A stretch of DNA of 58,172 nucleotides from Puniceicoccales bacterium (GTDB lineage Bacteria > Verrucomicrobiota > Verrucomicrobiia > Opitutales > JAIRKQ01). The translations under genes were made by a program, and so were the position numbers. The notes beneath the pieces were generated by a model, which saw only the letters and a program-made list of their open reading frames with translations, had not been told where the DNA came from and did no database searches. Below, in pieces: positions 56,351-58,172 of the stretch. Where the stretch lies: assembly GCA_031284015.1 (NCBI GenBank), contig JAITAS010000062.1:1-58172 (forward strand), in the 5' to 3' direction. The stretch's first letter is position 1; every line of letters begins with the position of its first letter.

Positions 56351-57724
56351 ATGAATACGAATCTTATCATAAATTCTCCCCTTTGGAAAGTTGTTCGTGA
56401 TAATCTTAGGGAAGTGTTTCCCAATGATGTTTTTCATTCGTGGTTCGAGCCATTATATGTTGTAGAAGAGACATCCAACGCTATTGTCTTTGGGGTAATG
56501 AATGATTTTACCGCCATTTGGTTGCAGGAAAATTACTTGGATGTAATATCGAAAACTTTACGTCGGGAAGCAGGTCATGATGTGAAAATTTCATTCCGTG
56601 TGCAAAACGAGAAATTACAAGCCCCACAGGCGTCAACCGACATACCTCAAAAACAAAAGAGAAACATGCCATATGATCAGGATAAAGATACAATGTCCAT
56701 AACATTGAACAAACAAAACACGTTTGAAAACTTTGTCGTTGGATCTGGAAATCAAATGGCCCATGCAGCTTGCATGGCGGTTGTAAATACGCCAGGTCGA
56801 GCCTATAATCCGTTATTTTTATATGGTGACACGGGACTCGGGAAAACTCACCTAATGCAAGCGGTGGCCCACAATGTTTTAGGTAAATATAAAAAGATAA
56901 ATGTGGTTTATACGTCTACTGAAAAATTTACAAATGAGTTCATTTCCGAGCTGCAAAAAAATAACTTGAGCATGTTTAGAAAAAAATATCGCTACGTGGA
57001 TGTCTTATTGATTGACGACGTTCATTTTTTATCTGGTAAAGAACGCATACAGGAAGAATTTTTCCATACGTTTAATGAACTATTTGAAGCGCAAAAGCAA
57101 ATTATTTTAAGTAGTGATCGCCCGGCATCTGAAATAGCTAGGTTAGAAAATAGATTAGTTTCTCGGTTTCAGTGGGGATTGGTAGCTGATATTCAAGCAC
57201 CAGACCTGGAAACAAGGATTGCAATCCTTGATAAAAAAGCGGCAGCTATGCATTTGGAACTTTCCCATGACATAATTGAGACGTTGGCAAACAAAGTCTC
57301 TAGAAATGTGCGAAAATTAGAAGGGGCCTTGAATAGAATCGCAAGCTATGTCTCAATTACAAAAGCTCCCATTAATTCCGAATTGGTGGAGCATATTTTG
57401 CATGATTTATTTTTCGAAGAACAAACCATAGAGGTTACCCTAGAAGCAGTACAACAAAAAGTATGTGCCCATTATAAATTGTCGCTCGATGATATTATGG
57501 GGAAAAAACGTCCCGCAAGCATTGCTTTCCCCAGACAAATGGCAATGTATTTGTGCAGATTGATGACAAACCGTTCGTTGGTAGACATTGGGAATGGATT
57601 TGGAGGGCGAGATCATGGGACGGTTATCCATGCATGCAAAACTGTTGAAAATGCTATGAAGCATGATGTGTCCGTAAAGCGTACCATAGAAAATTTACAA
57701 AAAATGCTCAAACAAAACTCTTAA
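56351..57724 (+). CDS. dnaA: Chromosomal replication initiator protein DnaA
   Basis: 457 aa. It has Walker A GDTGLGKTHL, Walker B LLIDDVHFL, sensor motifs and the domain IV DNA-binding signature (IAFPRQMAMYLCR..T..SL..IG..FGGRDHGTVIHA). Confidence 0.95.
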   Translation: MNTNLIINSPLWKVVRDNLREVFPNDVFHSWFEPLYVVEETSNAIVFGVMNDFTAIWLQENYLDVISKTLRREAGHDVKISFRVQNEKLQAPQASTDIPQKQKRNMPYDQDKDTMSITLNKQNTFENFVVGSGNQMAHAACMAVVNTPGRAYNPLFLYGDTGLGKTHLMQAVAHNVLGKYKKINVVYTSTEKFTNEFISELQKNNLSMFRKKYRYVDVLLIDDVHFLSGKERIQEEFFHTFNELFEAQKQIILSSDRPASEIARLENRLVSRFQWGLVADIQAPDLETRIAILDKKAAAMHLELSHDIIETLANKVSRNVRKLEGALNRIASYVSITKAPINSELVEHILHDLFFEEQTIEVTLEAVQQKVCAHYKLSLDDIMGKKRPASIAFPRQMAMYLCRLMTNRSLVDIGNGFGGRDHGTVIHACKTVENAMKHDVSVKRTIENLQKMLKQNS

Positions 57725-57818
57725 CAACCTTGGAAATCCACGGCGCCATGTCAGTGTACGCTAGGCCGTATAGGTATTGCACGATACATTCACCAACGAT
57801 CCAACTAAAGGGCTTAAT

Positions 57819-57827
57819 TTTTCCACA
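57819..57827 (+). promoter_or_regulatory. DnaA-box-like site downstream of dnaA
   Basis: TTTTCCACA is 8/9 to TTATCCACA and lies in the 186-nt spacer after dnaA. A single isolated site could arise by chance. Confidence 0.3.
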
Positions 57828-57910
57828 TCTTCCAAGGCAGCCTAAAAGTGTTAAGATTTTCGTAAAAAAGATTGCTATTTTTAAAAATCTTTACACGATC
57901 TTCACACAAG

Positions 57911-58172
57911 ATGGATACAATAATGGGATCCCTTTCGGGAGAAAGGGAAGATATTTTTCAAACAGCACTGAGGTTGCTGGATGAAATAAAACCTGGCATA
58001 GGAAGCAGAATAGGAATTGTGCAATCAGAAATTTTGCAATTTCCAGGTAGCGACTTAGATTTCAAATTCCTTAGGGATAGAGTAGCTTCGATTGTGCCTT
58101 TGATGGAACTTTTGCCCGAGGAATCCAAAGAGTTTGTACTTAAACTGATTGGATGTGGGGTATTCGGCACAA
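57911..58172 (+). CDS. Partial ORF of unknown function (5' part; runs off the right window edge)
   Basis: My translation from ATG 57911 gives MDTIMGSLSGEREDIFQTALRLLDEIKPGIGSRIGIVQSEILQFPGSDLDFKFLRDRVASIVPLMELLPEESKEFVLKLIGCGVFGT... with no stop to the window end. It is not DnaN-like and I recognise no motif. Confidence 0.3.
   Translation, partial: MDTIMGSLSGEREDIFQTALRLLDEIKPGIGSRIGIVQSEILQFPGSDLDFKFLRDRVASIVPLMELLPEESKEFVLKLIGCGVFGT

Noticed and set aside
57730-57984. 84-aa ORF immediately after dnaA
   Set aside because: Its sequence is low-complexity and motif-free, and it overlaps in another frame with the open-ended ORF starting at 57911, which looks more protein-like. It also spans the spacer containing the DnaA-box-like site.
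1-58172. Search for tRNA, rRNA, tmRNA, RNase P and SRP RNA genes, and for CRISPR arrays or other tandem or interspersed repeats
   Set aside because: I saw no T-loop/acceptor-like signatures (GGTTCGAATCC-type) in any intergenic gap. There are no regularly spaced direct repeats, and no repeated intergenic element is shared between spacers. This was done by eye only, so a proper covariance-model or repeat scan could still find something small.

Overview
This 58-kb window is a low-GC (roughly 40% by eye) diderm bacterial chromosome, and it is almost entirely housekeeping core genome. It probably contains the replication origin: dnaA lies at 56351-57724, and the 454-nt spacer upstream has one perfect TTATCCACA box, a convergent near-perfect partner box and an AT-rich tract. 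I support about 40 conserved genes from motifs in the translations. They cover replication and repair (dnaN, ligA, ruvB, ruvC, a family-4 UDG, ssb, dnaB, dnaA, a Xer recombinase), translation (argS, prfB, miaB, L25, pth, S6, L9, an RluA-type synthase, a TrmH-type methylase), the envelope and LPS (lpxI, kdtA, bamA, an AsmA-like protein, prc, the hldE kinase domain, gmhB, a GT9 heptosyltransferase, rodZ) and central metabolism (pyruvate:ferredoxin oxidoreductase, tkt, dxs, gpsA, upp). PFOR points to an anaerobic lifestyle. The giant pseudopilin-like protein and the general gene content are compatible with a PVC/Verrucomicrobia- or Elusimicrobia-like organism, but I cannot establish taxonomy from sequence alone. 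The only clearly accessory stretch is the left 2.1 kb. It is a graveyard of at least three decayed or truncated IS transposase genes (IS630-like, IS5/InsH-like, IS427-like) plus a yefM-yoeB-type toxin-antitoxin pair whose toxin is broken by two homopolymer frameshifts. Other signs of gene decay are an orphan, catalytically degenerate NuoN/MrpD-like membrane protein and a 225-aa remnant of an adenylate-forming enzyme. I found no tRNA, rRNA or CRISPR array, and no compact multi-gene defence or secretion island. The best candidates for something undescribed are single orphan genes: a 988-aa PilX/GspK-like giant pseudopilin with no pilus or T2SS partners nearby, a 268-aa protein with no recognisable motifs, and the degenerate antiporter-like protein coupled to gmhB. 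All functional calls rest on motif recognition by eye, and no database search was run.
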